A DNA stretch of 63,220 nucleotides, counting the filler. It is 6 parts of 6 records of this genome, joined end to end, with 100 filler letters (N's around TTAATTAATTAA, not from the genome) between each part and the next. Parts side by side here need not be neighbours in the genome. Positions count along the whole stretch, not along the records: positions 38,389 to 49,211 come from DRR378314_984; positions 49,312 to 54,684 come from DRR378314_991; 4 more parts are not named here. One strand, written 5' to 3'. The notes beneath the pieces are model-generated. The model was given only the letters and a program-made list of their open reading frames with translations. It made no database searches and was not told the DNA's origin. Of the stretch, positions 40,987-52,924 are shown one piece after another; positions within the stretch are counted from its first letter, which is position 1, and every line of letters starts with the position of its first letter. Both the position numbers and the translations under genes were made by a program.

Positions 40987-43168
40987 ATGAGGATCGAGCA
41001 ATGCAGTTTCTGCGGGTCACCTATATACCCAGGACATGGGACAATGCTTATTCGAAATGACGGAAAGGTGCGTCTTCTTTTTGTACGCGGTGAGATACAG
41101 GGCAGTATGCGTGTGCACTGCCTTGGGGAGTTGACGAAAGGCGTACGTTCGGCGCCTGCACTGGCAGCTTGCGCACCGGCACACGCGCAAAACGGCACCG
41201 CAGCCTCGCCACTCCGCTCGCCTCGCTGGCGCGGCCCGCTCCTGCCGCCAAAGTGTGTGCTAGATAAGATGGAATACGTACCCGAGTATGTGAATACTTG
41301 AAAGCGAAATCCGTGAGAGCACCGTTCGCCCTCTCTGCATGGAGGTGCCCGCAGGCCGGAGCGCAAGCTCGACTGTCCGTCGCACAGCTGCGCTTCCATC
41401 GTCGGCACGAGCGCCGCCGCCTGCTGCGTTGTCCGGAGCGCACCTGCAATTCCCTCGGGAAGACCGGTAGCAAAGGCTAACCCTGTCGCAAGCGAACGCC
41501 GCAATCGTGCACATACATATAGCTGTATATTTATAGTTGGAGGATTCGGCGTGTGGCGCCCGCGTTTGCGCGAAAGCGCTCGACGCGTCCGCGCGCAGTG
41601 CTGCGGTGTTGCACACTTTGCGCAAACGCGTACGACGACAGCTCGCGCCCACCCCTGGCGCTCGCCGTGCTTCCTCGCCAGGCCAACTTCTGCATCGCGT
41701 GTACGTTTTGTCGCTCTTGCGCGCGCGCGCGCGCGTGTATGGTTCGCAGGTATCCCGATTCTGTCGCTCCAAGTGCCGAAAGAGCTTCAACATGAAGCGC
41801 AATCCGCGGAAACTCCGCTGGACGAAGGCCTTCCGCCGCGCCGCTGGCAAGGAGCTTGTTATGGTACGACTGCGCCGCTGTGCGGCTCGTGCGTGCGCGC
41901 GCGTGCGCGTGTGGGCGCAGCCGCCCCGCTCCGGCCGACGTGCAGCCGGCTGCGAGCAAGGTCTGCGACCGCCGCCCGCTCCTGCGTGCGCACGCAGGAA
42001 TTGCGGCCAACTGACCGTATCCAGTATACCGCAAGAGATTTTTGGTCTTGGTATCTTACGTTGATGTGCGGATCGGGTGGACCTTGATCGCGGTTGCAGG
42101 ATAAAACGCACGAGTTTGAGCGCCGCCGGAACCGTCCTGTCAAGTACGATCGCGAGCTTATGGCAACCACGTTGCGAGCTATGAAGCGCGTCCAGGAAAT
42201 CAAGGAGAAGCGCGAAAAGGCCTTCTACAAGAACCGGTACGCAACAATCGCGCAAGCCGCTACGTGCTGTAGCGTTCATAGTTGCTGTATTGAACACCAC
42301 ACATAAGGCGCGCGCGTGCAACTTCGAGCGAGCCAACACGCAACCGCGAGAGGATTACCCGCAAATTGCGGCCGCCACTGCTACCGCAGCTGATGCTACT
42401 AGTGCCGGGCAGAGGAACTGTGCTCGCCCCCACACCTCGTAGACGCGCGGCGTGTGCGCTGGCTCGCCTACGCGCCTCGGACTGAACGCTTGCTCGCTCG
42501 TATTACTTCCCGCGTGTAGCATGAAGGTCAAGAAACATCAGGAGAAGATGGAGGCGAAGCAGGACCTCGAGCGCCACGTCGATCTGGTGCTTGCCCCCGC
42601 TGCTCGCAACAAGGAAAAGGTACGGAGCAGCCGGCAACTTGCCCGCTGTCATCTTGCGGTGCTGCGCACAAGCCGAACAAGCTGCCTTGCGCTGTGGACC
42701 AACACCAGCACTGCCCAGTACCTGATCCTGTGCACGGGTACGCATGCCAGAAGGCTCAAATTCCAAGAAAAAAACACTCGCTAATACCATGGACAATGGG
42801 ACGCTTTGTGCGAATGTTCTTTGGTATCGTTCGAATTCGCAGACGGCAGCCGTCGTGCAGGCAAAAGACAGCGAGAAGGAAAAGGAGAAGAAGAAAAAAG
42901 CAGTCGCAATGGAGACGAACGTACGTCCTTGCTTCCAGCTGTCTTCCCACCAACATTGTAGAGTGCGGCTACGCAAGCGAATTGATTGGGTGTACTATCC
43001 TTGCCGGTTCCGCATGGGACAAGAGAAAGCGAGAAGGCGCGCGCTTGCGTAGTGGGCTCCGGCAGGTTGGCACCAGAACCACAAGCGACGTTGGTCGCCT
43101 GGCCGCATAGGCGCCGCACTCGCTCAGCCACGTGCCTCTCTCCTCCACGCCTACGTATCTTGCAGTGA
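40987..43168 (+). CDS. RLP24: Ribosome biogenesis protein Rlp24/RSL24D1 (exons 40987-41067, 41750-41863, 42100-42236, 42520-42619, 42843-42920, 43166-43168)
   Basis: [18 protein letters not shown]...[14 protein letters not shown]...[14 protein letters not shown]...|...[16 protein letters not shown]; all four Zn Cys kept; all junctions GT-AG and in phase. Last two exons are less certain. Confidence 0.9.
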
Positions 43169-43512
43169 ACTGGCTCGCGCGCGATTGGACAGAAGACACT
43201 GTACTTGAAGAATGGTTTGTATACACGGTATTTGCCTCTTCCATGGTATTTTGGCGAGCTCTTTCTAGCCGTTTCCCTTGCTTTACGGCTTTATGTATAT
43301 GCTGCGAAACGGGGGCTCGCGCCGCTGCCGGCGCTCTTGGGACCGCCGCGTGCTTCCCGCGTGCAAATGAGAATGAAAGAACAACTGGGGTCGTACGGGT
43401 CACCAACTCTAGTCTTTGGACCAACTTCTGTGCACGTTGCAAAAAGAATGCCACCGCCGACGATGTATTTGCGCCTAACACGCGCTCCACAGAGGGATCA
43501 GAGATCGGGCAT

Positions 43513-46048
43513 CTAACGGCGCGCCGCTGCGCCGCGCGCGCTCGAAGCCTTGCCAGTGCGCACACGCTGCGCAGATGCGTGCAAGTGCGCGTGCTTCTTC
43601 TTGCCATCGCCCTTCTTGCGGGACTTGGCCTCCTGGAGGGCAGCCTCGCGAGCGGCAGACGTCTGCTTCGCGCGGCCTTCGGCGCGCTTCGCCTTGATCA
43701 TCTCGAGCGAAGCGCCGACAATCGCGCGCTGCGACTTCACGTTTTGGCGCTTGCGGCTACAAGTTGCGCCAACGTATACATCCGAGTACGAAAGACATGA
43801 CGAAATCATCAATATCCAGACCAGCGAACAGAGGGTGAACGCAAAGGGAAAATGCAGCTACTGCGCCGAGCTACGCCTGGAGCGCGGAAGGAGCGTCAGA
43901 CCCGCACACTCTGATCTAGGCCTCGCCTGCGGAGCTGGCGGGTCGCCCGCCCATTGACCCGCACAACCGTTCTGAAATGCTATCACAAAGGCCCATCGCA
44001 AAGCGGCTGCACTGTGGGCGGACGGATAAACGTACCGCTTCGACGACTCCTCGGTAAGACCCTTCTTGTGCATCTTACGGTAGAGCTGCGTCCACGCGAG
44101 CTTGCGCGGGTTGCGCTTCATCGCGAACGACGACGCGCACTTTGCGTTCAGGAACACAAACATCTGCCATTCAAGAAATCGCACACGCGACAGAATGTAC
44201 GCAAGATATTGCCATGTCAGAACATTTGAAGATCATCCATTCCAATGCATAGAATGGACTTGTCACTCTTGTACGAACACGTGCAGCACTTCCGTGCACG
44301 GCAGCACGGCGTGCACGGAAGTGCTCCAGCACACCAGAGACGACACCACCCATAGAGCTGCAGAGCTCGCACAGGGCGACGACAGAAAAAGAAAAGAAAA
44401 AAAAGGAACAACAGGTACCTACACCTTCACACATGCAAGACGTTGAATGTCTCGCCCCTTTGAGCGACGGCGCGACCAGGTGGAAACGAATGGCGCACAG
44501 GCGCAATTCTGAACGCGAGTGTGACTGAGCAGCTCGCCAACGCGGCTCGGGAAGGCGAACCCGCAGCACGAAGCCCACCGACGAGAGGCAGTGAAACTGC
44601 GCTCCCTTGCCACACGCTCCCACAGTTTGTGAAGCCCTACTGAAAAAAATACACCACTACTTCTCGCTATGCTTACAAAAATATAAATTCATATGTGCAT
44701 GCAATGCACTGGGCGATGGTGGGATAGCACGTCGAATCGTCAATTCGCCCAATTGCACACCGCAACGAGCGCACCGCCGTGCCCCTCCCTATGGGCGAAA
44801 TGCGCACAGGCATTGGCGCTGCAGCGACTTCGCAGCAGTACTCTCGCGCACAACCGCCAGCCGCGCAATAATCAACCACAATGCACCGGATTCTTCCCTA
44901 TGACAAACCTGGATCCCAATACGGTTATCCAACCCATAAAAACCGTCAATACCACCGAAAGAGGCAGCGCACACCCGACAAGCGACATCCAGAGCAAAGC
45001 CTGCCCGCCTCAGCAAGCCACAAGCACCGAACCCAAGTACAGACACGCACTGCCTGACAAAGCACCTGACAAAAGGCGCCACAGGCGCGCTCGCACAACA
45101 AATCCACACCCTTCCCTGATTCGCGCAATATGACGCGTGCAAGCGGAAAAAAAAAATAGCGCCCTCGTAAACCTCTCGTATTATCCTTTGCGATTGGGCA
45201 TCATAGCACTATGGAATGAGGCTGCCCGGGGAAACGCTGGAAACGGCACACCGCACGGCACCGCCGCCGCGCCGACACGCAGCAGCGGCGGCTCAGCAAG
45301 GGGCCCCCGGGGGAAGTCTCTCACACAAGCGCAGTCAAGGCAGCGAGTGCTCCCTCCCACACACGCGAACGAGGGTGGACAGCGGCGTGGGTGCGCTTCC
45401 ACCGCCGCGTACTTCCTACATCACAGCGGAAGCCGTAGTCCGCGCTACGGCTTCACGCCACAATGAATAATTTTGATGTAGGTACAGAAACTTTGTGGTT
45501 GATATCGCACCTTGCTGTCACCGCGCACAAAGCGCTTTCCGTGACCCGGGTAAATCCGGAGGCCAGAGAACTGGCACGTCTCCGTCCTGCGCGTGGCCAG
45601 AACGTAGCGCACCAAACCACCGCCGCCGCGAAACGCGCACAGGCGTGCAAACGAGAAAACCAGTGAGCATGCCCGCATCGACACAAATGCAAAATAAACG
45701 TGCAACAAACTACAAAGAGTTCGATTGTAAACTTGCGCTCAGGAGAAAAGGCGCGTGCCGAACAGGGAAAAATACGGCAACAAGCATAGACAATGATACA
45801 CCATTGCGAGCAGGGTACTCCAGAAACGACGAGGCTCGACGAGATACGGGGCGCGCACAGTCGCGCCCTTGCGAAGCATCGCCGCAGCCCACAACAAATC
45901 TGCAGAAGCATCCACAAAAGCTCACATGTGTGCAACCCTTTCCCTTCGCATTGTCACAAAATCCAGAATTGCAGCAAAGGAAACGCGGCAACAAGCGGGG
46001 AGGGAGCGCAGCGGTGCACGAACGAGCAGGCACGTACTTGATAACCAT
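43513..46048 (-). CDS. RPL24: 60S ribosomal protein eL24 (exons 46038-46048, 45511-45586, 44036-44163, 43513-43756)
   Basis: MVIK|TETCQFSGLRIYPGHGKRFVRGDSK|MFVFLNAKC...KRNPRKLAWTQLYRKMHKKG...|RKRQNVKSQRAIVGASLEMIKAKR; GT-AG junctions in phase. Confidence 0.92.
44285..44325. repeat. Perfect 16-bp inverted repeat in RPL24 intron 2
   Basis: AGCACTTCCGTGCACG - 9 nt - CGTGCACGGAAGTGCT. Confidence 0.85.
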
Positions 46049-47052
46049 TGCAACACTATGGCCCTCGCGTAGGTATTAGGCAGCGGCTGGCAGATTCCTA
46101 GCAGACACCCGGCCGCAGTCCTGATATGCCAGGCGCACAGCGCCTCAAGAAGGTTTACATGATAGGTTTATAGTACACATTCCCTCCAGTAGGGTAATAG
46201 AGGATCTTAGCCCTAAATGTCAACCATGTCATGGTGCATTGCAGTCGTCAGTGATGGCCGGATCTGCTGGAAGACTGTACTGACGCGCCGCATCCGAAGT
46301 GGCGGCGCGTGACGCAAAGCTCATGGGAATACGCCCATGACTCGAAAGCAGCATTCTTCTACCATGCATAATGAGATTGAACGTACGTAATCATCATTTC
46401 TCTTGTTTGGGGGGCAGATTTGGCAGAGCGTCGCGAAATGTCGCGAAGCAGCAGGTGCAAATATAAACACGGAGCTGGGCATGTGCTAACAACTGGATAC
46501 GTCGAGCTCCGCGTAATGGAGTGCACAGCACCACAGGTTCTTGCGCGAGGATTAGGAAAATACGCAAGTCGTTTACTTCAATGGTAATGTATTGTACAAT
46601 ACCCCATCACATTCCAGCTTTTATCGTCGTGATTCGACAGAGAGATCGTGCTTTGACGGCTAGGTCGCACGCATTCCACGTGAGAAACACAGGAGAGAGT
46701 GCGGCGCGCACGCAGGGCAACAAACGCGCGCGCGAAGCCGCGCCTCGATGGGAAATAAAATTTCCAGGTCAACGTCCTTCTTTGGCGCTGTTCTGCCATC
46801 TCGTTGTTACGATTTGACTCAAATTATTTTTGATGAAATGATATCCGTGCTTCTACTGCAGTGAAGTAGAAATTCAGAACAATCTGCTTCGCTGAGCGCG
46901 CACAGCACGCAAACTCCTTCCAATCGCACGTTGCATGCCATGCCCACACGTTCAGCTCGCCTCCTGTCTCATCCCGCTCGAATACCATTCACGGGCGCGA
47001 GTTAGTGTTACATATACCTGGTGATCAAAACGAAATACAAATGCGTCGTCGT

Positions 47053-47796
47053 TTATTCGGGCACTTCAGGCCCGGGCTGCAGTGCAGGCCGCAGAGGAGA
47101 GCTCCTCCGTGGGCGAGCGAGTTCCCCTTCGCTGCCGTTCGCGGCACGCATACCCTTTTTCAGAGAGCTTGCGCGCGGACTATCGCCGCGATTGTGTTGC
47201 TGTTCTTCTTCCCACATCAAGTGCATAACTGCATCCTTCGCATGTGAACGTTGATGTGCTCCTCTTGTTTGTACGTGTAAGGTGTCTTGTGTATAAGCCA
47301 CCTGAGTCGCGTCGCTTCTGTCACTCTCTTGCCCGCGAGGCCGCAGGGGACTGCCACCTTTCTCTGCAATCGGACGAGAACCGCGCGGGCTTGTACCTGA
47401 CTTTCCTTCACCGAATAGGAGCTCTGGGCGTTTTGCATGCACACTCCCGCGCGGGCTATGGCCTAATCGCTCATACATGTCCTCTAAAACTTGAACGCGA
47501 TACAAAGTGGGTTGTTGGCGCTGTCGCATCGTCGCCCTATCCGCAGAACGCACGACGGCACTGTCTTTACCAGCGCCAACACCGAGTCGCTCACCGGATA
47601 GGGTGCCATCCTCAGTCACGTGCCCTTCGGCAGGCTGGCTTTCATCTGCATTTTTGATTATAGTGAATGTGTTGCTCTTATCTTCGTTCTTGGTACAGAC
47701 AGACAGATCAGGTGCTGCAAGACTTCTCTTGCCGGATTCATGTGCTCCAGGGCCGCCTCTCTCCCGGTCCAGACCTTGGCCCTGTTGCGGCTCCAT
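47053..47796 (-). CDS. Hypothetical disordered protein or terminal exon
   Basis: 247-aa ORF, hydrophilic with repeated SP-R motifs; no family recognised. Confidence 0.4.
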   Translation of the reverse strand: MEPQQGQGLDRERGGPGAHESGKRSLAAPDLSVCTKNEDKSNTFTIIKNADESQPAEGHVTEDGTLSGERLGVGAGKDSAVVRSADRATMRQRQQPTLYRVQVLEDMYERLGHSPRGSVHAKRPELLFGEGKSGTSPRGSRPIAEKGGSPLRPRGQESDRSDATQVAYTQDTLHVQTRGAHQRSHAKDAVMHLMWEEEQQHNRGDSPRASSLKKGMRAANGSEGELARPRRSSPLRPALQPGPEVPE

Positions 47797-49211
47797 GGTG
47801 ATAGCCGGGGCTGCTCGGAGTCGCCTCCGCCTTAGTGTGCGTTACCTTTTTCGCCCTATGGATCTAAAAAATTCAATTCAATACAGTATCTCAACCGAAA
47901 ATACATTCAATCTATGTAAGTGGTGCGATAAACTTGCGCTTCCAGAAGTCCTCGCGCGCAAGCATGTGCGCGTACTCCCTTGAAGTTCTTGCTCTGACGC
48001 ACAGGGTTGACCTCACCGACGTCGGGAGGTCTGATCGCGGTACACGTAATCCCCAGCGCTGAAGAATGATAGCGCCTTTTATCAGCACGCTTGTGATACT
48101 TTTCCCAGAAAATAACGTGTAAGCAAGGATAGGCTGTCTTTCGTAGAGGAAAACACGTTGGAGCGTGCCCTGGTCGCCACTTGGCTGCCAAAGGCGAGCA
48201 GCGCGTCGAACGCGGTGACGTAGCGCAGCCAAATGCTGGGCGAGCGAGGCACTTTCTTCTTTCCCCGCGCATTCGCTCGGGCAGTCCCCGCGCTAACTAC
48301 AAGACTGCAGCACAGGCTTCAGGTAGGGGATAATTGTGGACCTGGCCCAAGGGGAAAGAGAGCTAGCGGCACGACGCGCGACGACCGATCGCGCGAACCA
48401 ACTCCTTTGGTCAACCCGCTTCTCGGGGCGCGCAACGCACCTGATCGTCCAAGCACGGCAGCGCTGCACAGCGGCACTCTCTGGCCGGTACAAAAGGAGC
48501 ACAGCAACGGTACGGCCTACTTGGCTGAACCATAGCGCTCAACGGTAGAAGACAAATGTGCTGGTATGGGAAACCCCGGTACGTTTGTGCATTCCACGCT
48601 CAAGTGCTGGAAACGTAGCCGGAGGGCTGGCCGGCGGCGGGGTGCCGCTGTTCGCGTGGCCCTGACGAGCCGTGCGAGCACTTGCAGAATGAAGGATATG
48701 CAGCGGGCCCTCGCGCGTCCGCTTGCTTGGCGAATCCCGTAATGTCCCCCCTACAATCGTAACCGTGATGTAGAACCTCGCTGGCGCGAGCGCGGCCTCG
48801 TGCGCCCCACGCGAAGCGCCTTTCAAGTCGCAGAGCGTTCGTTACCGTGCCAGTGTGGGCGCAAGAAGCCCGGTATTGCCACGGGTCTTATTGCATTCGT
48901 TTGCAGTGCGTATTAGAGAATGAGTGTTGCGGAGGGCAAGGTGCGTCATGTCTACGAAGATTACGCTAGGCGCTCTGCACACCTCTGCGCATCACACTCG
49001 CGCCCAGACTAACCACCGTGTTCTTCCGCGTTCAACCTGTACGCCGTGCACAGATATACACGACAGCAGAGCTTTTAGACGACTGGTCGCCTGTACTTCC
49101 CCGCGAGGCGCCGCGAAGTCTTCTCGAGGGAACAGAGGTACTGCCTTGGCGACGTGATGCACGCGGCAGTTCTCTGGACGCGGCCTCGCTGTTCTGCGCC
49201 ATCGCGCGCTC

Positions 49212-49311
49212 NNNNNNNNNNNNNNNNNNNNNNNNNNNNNNNNNNNNNNNNNNNNTTAATTAATTAANNNNNNNNNNNNNNNNNNNNNNNNNNNNNNNNN
49301 NNNNNNNNNNN
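49212..49311. other. Artificial contig spacer
   Basis: N-run + TTAATTAATTAA + N-run. Confidence 0.99.
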
Positions 49312-49543
49312 TCGACGAAAGAGAGAAACCGTTAGTTCACCTCCTTCCTTGCGCCACTATCGCACTGAAAATGCGCTGTGGTGCCACTCCGTGCACAGCA
49401 TAATCCCCTGGAATGCATCAACGAGACACAGCACGGCACAGGAGCCGCGTGCACCGCTTCTGAGAGCTGGCGATACAGTCCCTGTGCAGTTGACCACGAG
49501 AAGAAACGCGTGCATAGCGACCCGCGCCCACCCATCGGTTGCT

Positions 49544-50190
49544 CTAGCTACGGCGCTGCCTCTCCTGCTCGGCCAGTGTGATACTTGTGGGGTCAGCAGC
49601 AGCGCTGATCATGAAGTCAATGGTCGCAGCCGCGCTCTGCCGAAGGATCTCGTCCGGAACAAGATACACGAGAACCTTGGGAAGCTCACGAAAACCCTCA
49701 TTGATCTTGACTAGCGCCTCCGCACGATGTCGCACGACAGAGTCCACGGGATTGACCGCAAGATTCAACCTAGTCAGCGACTGGTTTGTTTCGAGGGCGC
49801 AGCACAGCGCTGCGGCTCCTCTGTTGCCGACCAAGTTTCCGCACAGGTTCAGCTCCGTCAGCGCGGTGTGCACAGCGAGCCCCCTCGCGAGCGCAGCCGC
49901 GCCAGCGTCGCCAACAAAGCAGGCGTGCAGGTTCAACACAGTCAACGATTGGTTGGTCTCGAGAGCTTCACCGAGTGCCGTTGCTCCAATGTCGCCTATT
50001 TGGTTATCGCTTAGCCACAGCGCGTTTATGCTGCTGCTCTGCGCCAGAATGCTCGCGAGGGCGACGCACTGCTCGTCCGTTACGCCGCAGTCGTCGCGAG
50101 CCACCGCAGTCGCTCCACTGGAGACTTCATCACTGGTTTCTCCCTGGGTCCCGCGAAACCCCATTTCAAAGACTCGGGACAAACGCTCGT
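49544..50190 (-). CDS. Ribonuclease-inhibitor-type leucine-rich-repeat protein (NLRC3-like repeats); 5' structure uncertain
   Basis: About 4-5 28-aa repeats LxxLxLxxNxIGDxGAxALxxALxxNxSL. Confidence 0.75.
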
Positions 50191-52924
50191 ACTTAAAAAG
50201 AGATATGTGTGTATATTCCTTCAAGTTCGAATGGGTGCGCCAAACCCCTTCGCAGTCACGGTGTCGACAACAGGCATTTCGCACGCGAGCGAACTCGCGC
50301 GGTCCCTCAATCTCGAGTTCTCGCCGTGTGCGCAGCAGAAACCTCCCCACTCTTTACTCCGAACAAATCCCGGTGTGATACGCGCGCATAGCGTCTTCGA
50401 GAGAACAGCAATGCAGCCTAGTTGAAATTGCAATTCGCCTATGTTGAGATGATTGCGCGCGCCGTTTTCAAGCCTTCACGAGCAGCCGCACAGAGGAGCT
50501 TGTGAAGCGGGAACACAAGTATCCTTTCCAGCTCTCTGCCGCTTTTTGCGCGGTATGCAGCGGTGCATGCGCTCCCCTTTATTCACGAAAATGCAGTTTC
50601 CTTCGACAGCCGAAGCTATACACGAGGTTAATACAACACGCAGAGTATGAATACCGCACCTCCTACCGCCTTTCACGGAGGGTGCGCTGTACATCTGCTG
50701 CTCACGCGGCGGCTCGTACGGGGAAGCGCGTCGCCGCAGCGCACAGCGTCTCCAGAGCGCGCTGCAGCACCATAGGGGTGAGGAAGGAGTGCTTTCCGAC
50801 AACAGGAACCCAGAATAGCACAAAGAACCATAACACGTAAAATGCAGCTTCCCCACCCACAAAAACAGCAGGTCAAAGAGCATACTGTATAAACCTTTTT
50901 AAAAATATATATATAATGTACTGACAAATTCAAATCCTGGGAGAGAGATGTTTCATGACACGTTACAGAATGTGAATCCCTCTCAGAGCGACACGCACGT
51001 CGTTTGCTCGTTGTTGCCGCACAACGCTTGTGTTCTTCTTTCGTGCCAGAAGTCTCGCAGAACGCTGCATTTCTGCCCCTCCACAATTTCTTCTTGAATT
51101 CAATGGCACAGGGTTTCTCAATTATTGAGCCCCTATTAGAGTTTACAGGGGACGCTTGCGTACAATGAGAAGCTACTTGCGCAGCATTTCGAGCCAAACC
51201 GTGAAGTATATTCACTGCCGAGAACCAGCAGGAATACTCATCGTGAGCCTTTTTCGCCTGATCTCCCTGCTTTTACGTATCCATGAGGCTCTGATAAACA
51301 TTGAATACTATAGATATATCGTTACAACCTCCCCTATCGGCAGGATTATCGGGACTACGCCGGCACACAGGGAGTTCCTCGCTCGCCTTGTGCAAAGAAC
51401 GATTCAAAGAATTTATGATATGCACTATTCCATAGATCATATCCTCCAATGGTTTTTTTTTTCTTCTGTCCCACTGCAGAACCGTCTTCGCCACAAAACT
51501 CAATGCATACGTATTTCTCTCATTCTCTTGCTGCACCGTACCATGTTCGGTCATTCACAGCATCTGCGCGATTGCAGGGGCGAGCTCCGTGCGCTGCCGC
51601 GCACTAGGGTGCGGCGGTTCCGTGCGCTGAGCGGCCGCGCGAGTTCCGCACGTGACGGTACCATCAGGAACCTTTTCCCTGCCTATACTCGAGCTCCCTC
51701 GCTTAATTATCCCTCCACAATTATAATACACGCAAAATTACTGAGGCGAAGGGATCTGAAGGGAGAGGCTCTTCGGTAAATTCGCCTAGCGCGTCGCGGT
51801 TTGTGATGGTACCGAGCGCTGCACACTAGCTTACACACGCACTCAAGGGCTGCACGGCACACGCATTTTCATGCAAAACGGTCACCATCGCATCGCGGGT
51901 TTCTTTATGAAAACCGACTCTTTTCCAAAAAAGAACATTCTTCTCTGCAATCCATTTAAACGAGTTTGATAATGATCTCCGGACGCATGAGACACCCGCA
52001 GCTCCGGCCCACGAGCTCGAAACGGTGCAACAGGAAGGGAATACCGCGAAGCCCACGCAATGATTCTGAAGGAAATGAGCTTTGCGCAGAGGCGTTTTGG
52101 GCCTCCCTATTGGTCATGTAATCTACGTATCTCGCAACCAGCGGTTCTCGATGTTTTCGCTCAGGTAAGCTGCCTGATTATCCACGCAGAAGTGGCAATC
52201 TCGCGCATTTTCCCACTGCCCGTGCACCTTTGGCGCATTCTTCACCTGGCGAAGCACAAGAAATCGCTCCAAAACCTAGTTTTGCTCGACTACCACAACA
52301 GCGTCCCGCGAATTCAAACTATAATACTTGCAGAATAACAGGGAAGTCTCCGAGATACATTTAACTGTGGATTTTTGCGACGGTTGTGAATGAAGTCGAT
52401 ACGTGCAGCGCGAGATGCAAAGGGGAGAAAGCCCTTCCGCAGTAGCAGCGTGAACGATGCCCTGTGCTTGGGCGCGCGCGCGAGTGCGGTGCGGTTCGTG
52501 GAAGGGTTGTGCAGGAGGGGACAGAAATTGAACGGGGGATCCCGGGACCCCTTTGGCATTCTCGCCTCCGAAAGCGCAGCTCTGGGCAGGGCGAGAGCGT
52601 CGCGTGGAGTGGACGTCGTCACAGTGAACCGTCGTTGTCTCCTGTCCAGCTAGGCCTTTCCCCAGCTAGTCCAGATTCGGCTTGCAGAGTGATGCCGCGA
52701 GGTGGGCTTTCGCCGATGGCGCACAGGCGCGTGGAGGCACACGGACTTCAGCGGACTGGTCTCGCACCGGCTCCTGCCGTCATTCCGGCCTGCCGCCCAC
52801 AGCACGCCGTGACACCATTTGGGTTCTTGTTGCAAGTTCTGAGCGGAACGAAATCCTGCTTACTGTGATTCTCTGCGTCATTCTTCCATCATTTCAGAAT
52901 CAGCTCCCTCGGGCACACGCGGAA

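Noticed and set aside
46141-46220. Possible telomerase RNA (pseudoknot, CCCTAAA, TAAACCT twice)
   Set aside because: No contiguous ~1.5-repeat template upstream of the pseudoknot and no U/A-rich triple-helix strands; kept only as an unassigned structured RNA.
49578-50378. 266-aa plus-strand ORF
   Set aside because: Antisense shadow of the LRR coding sequence.
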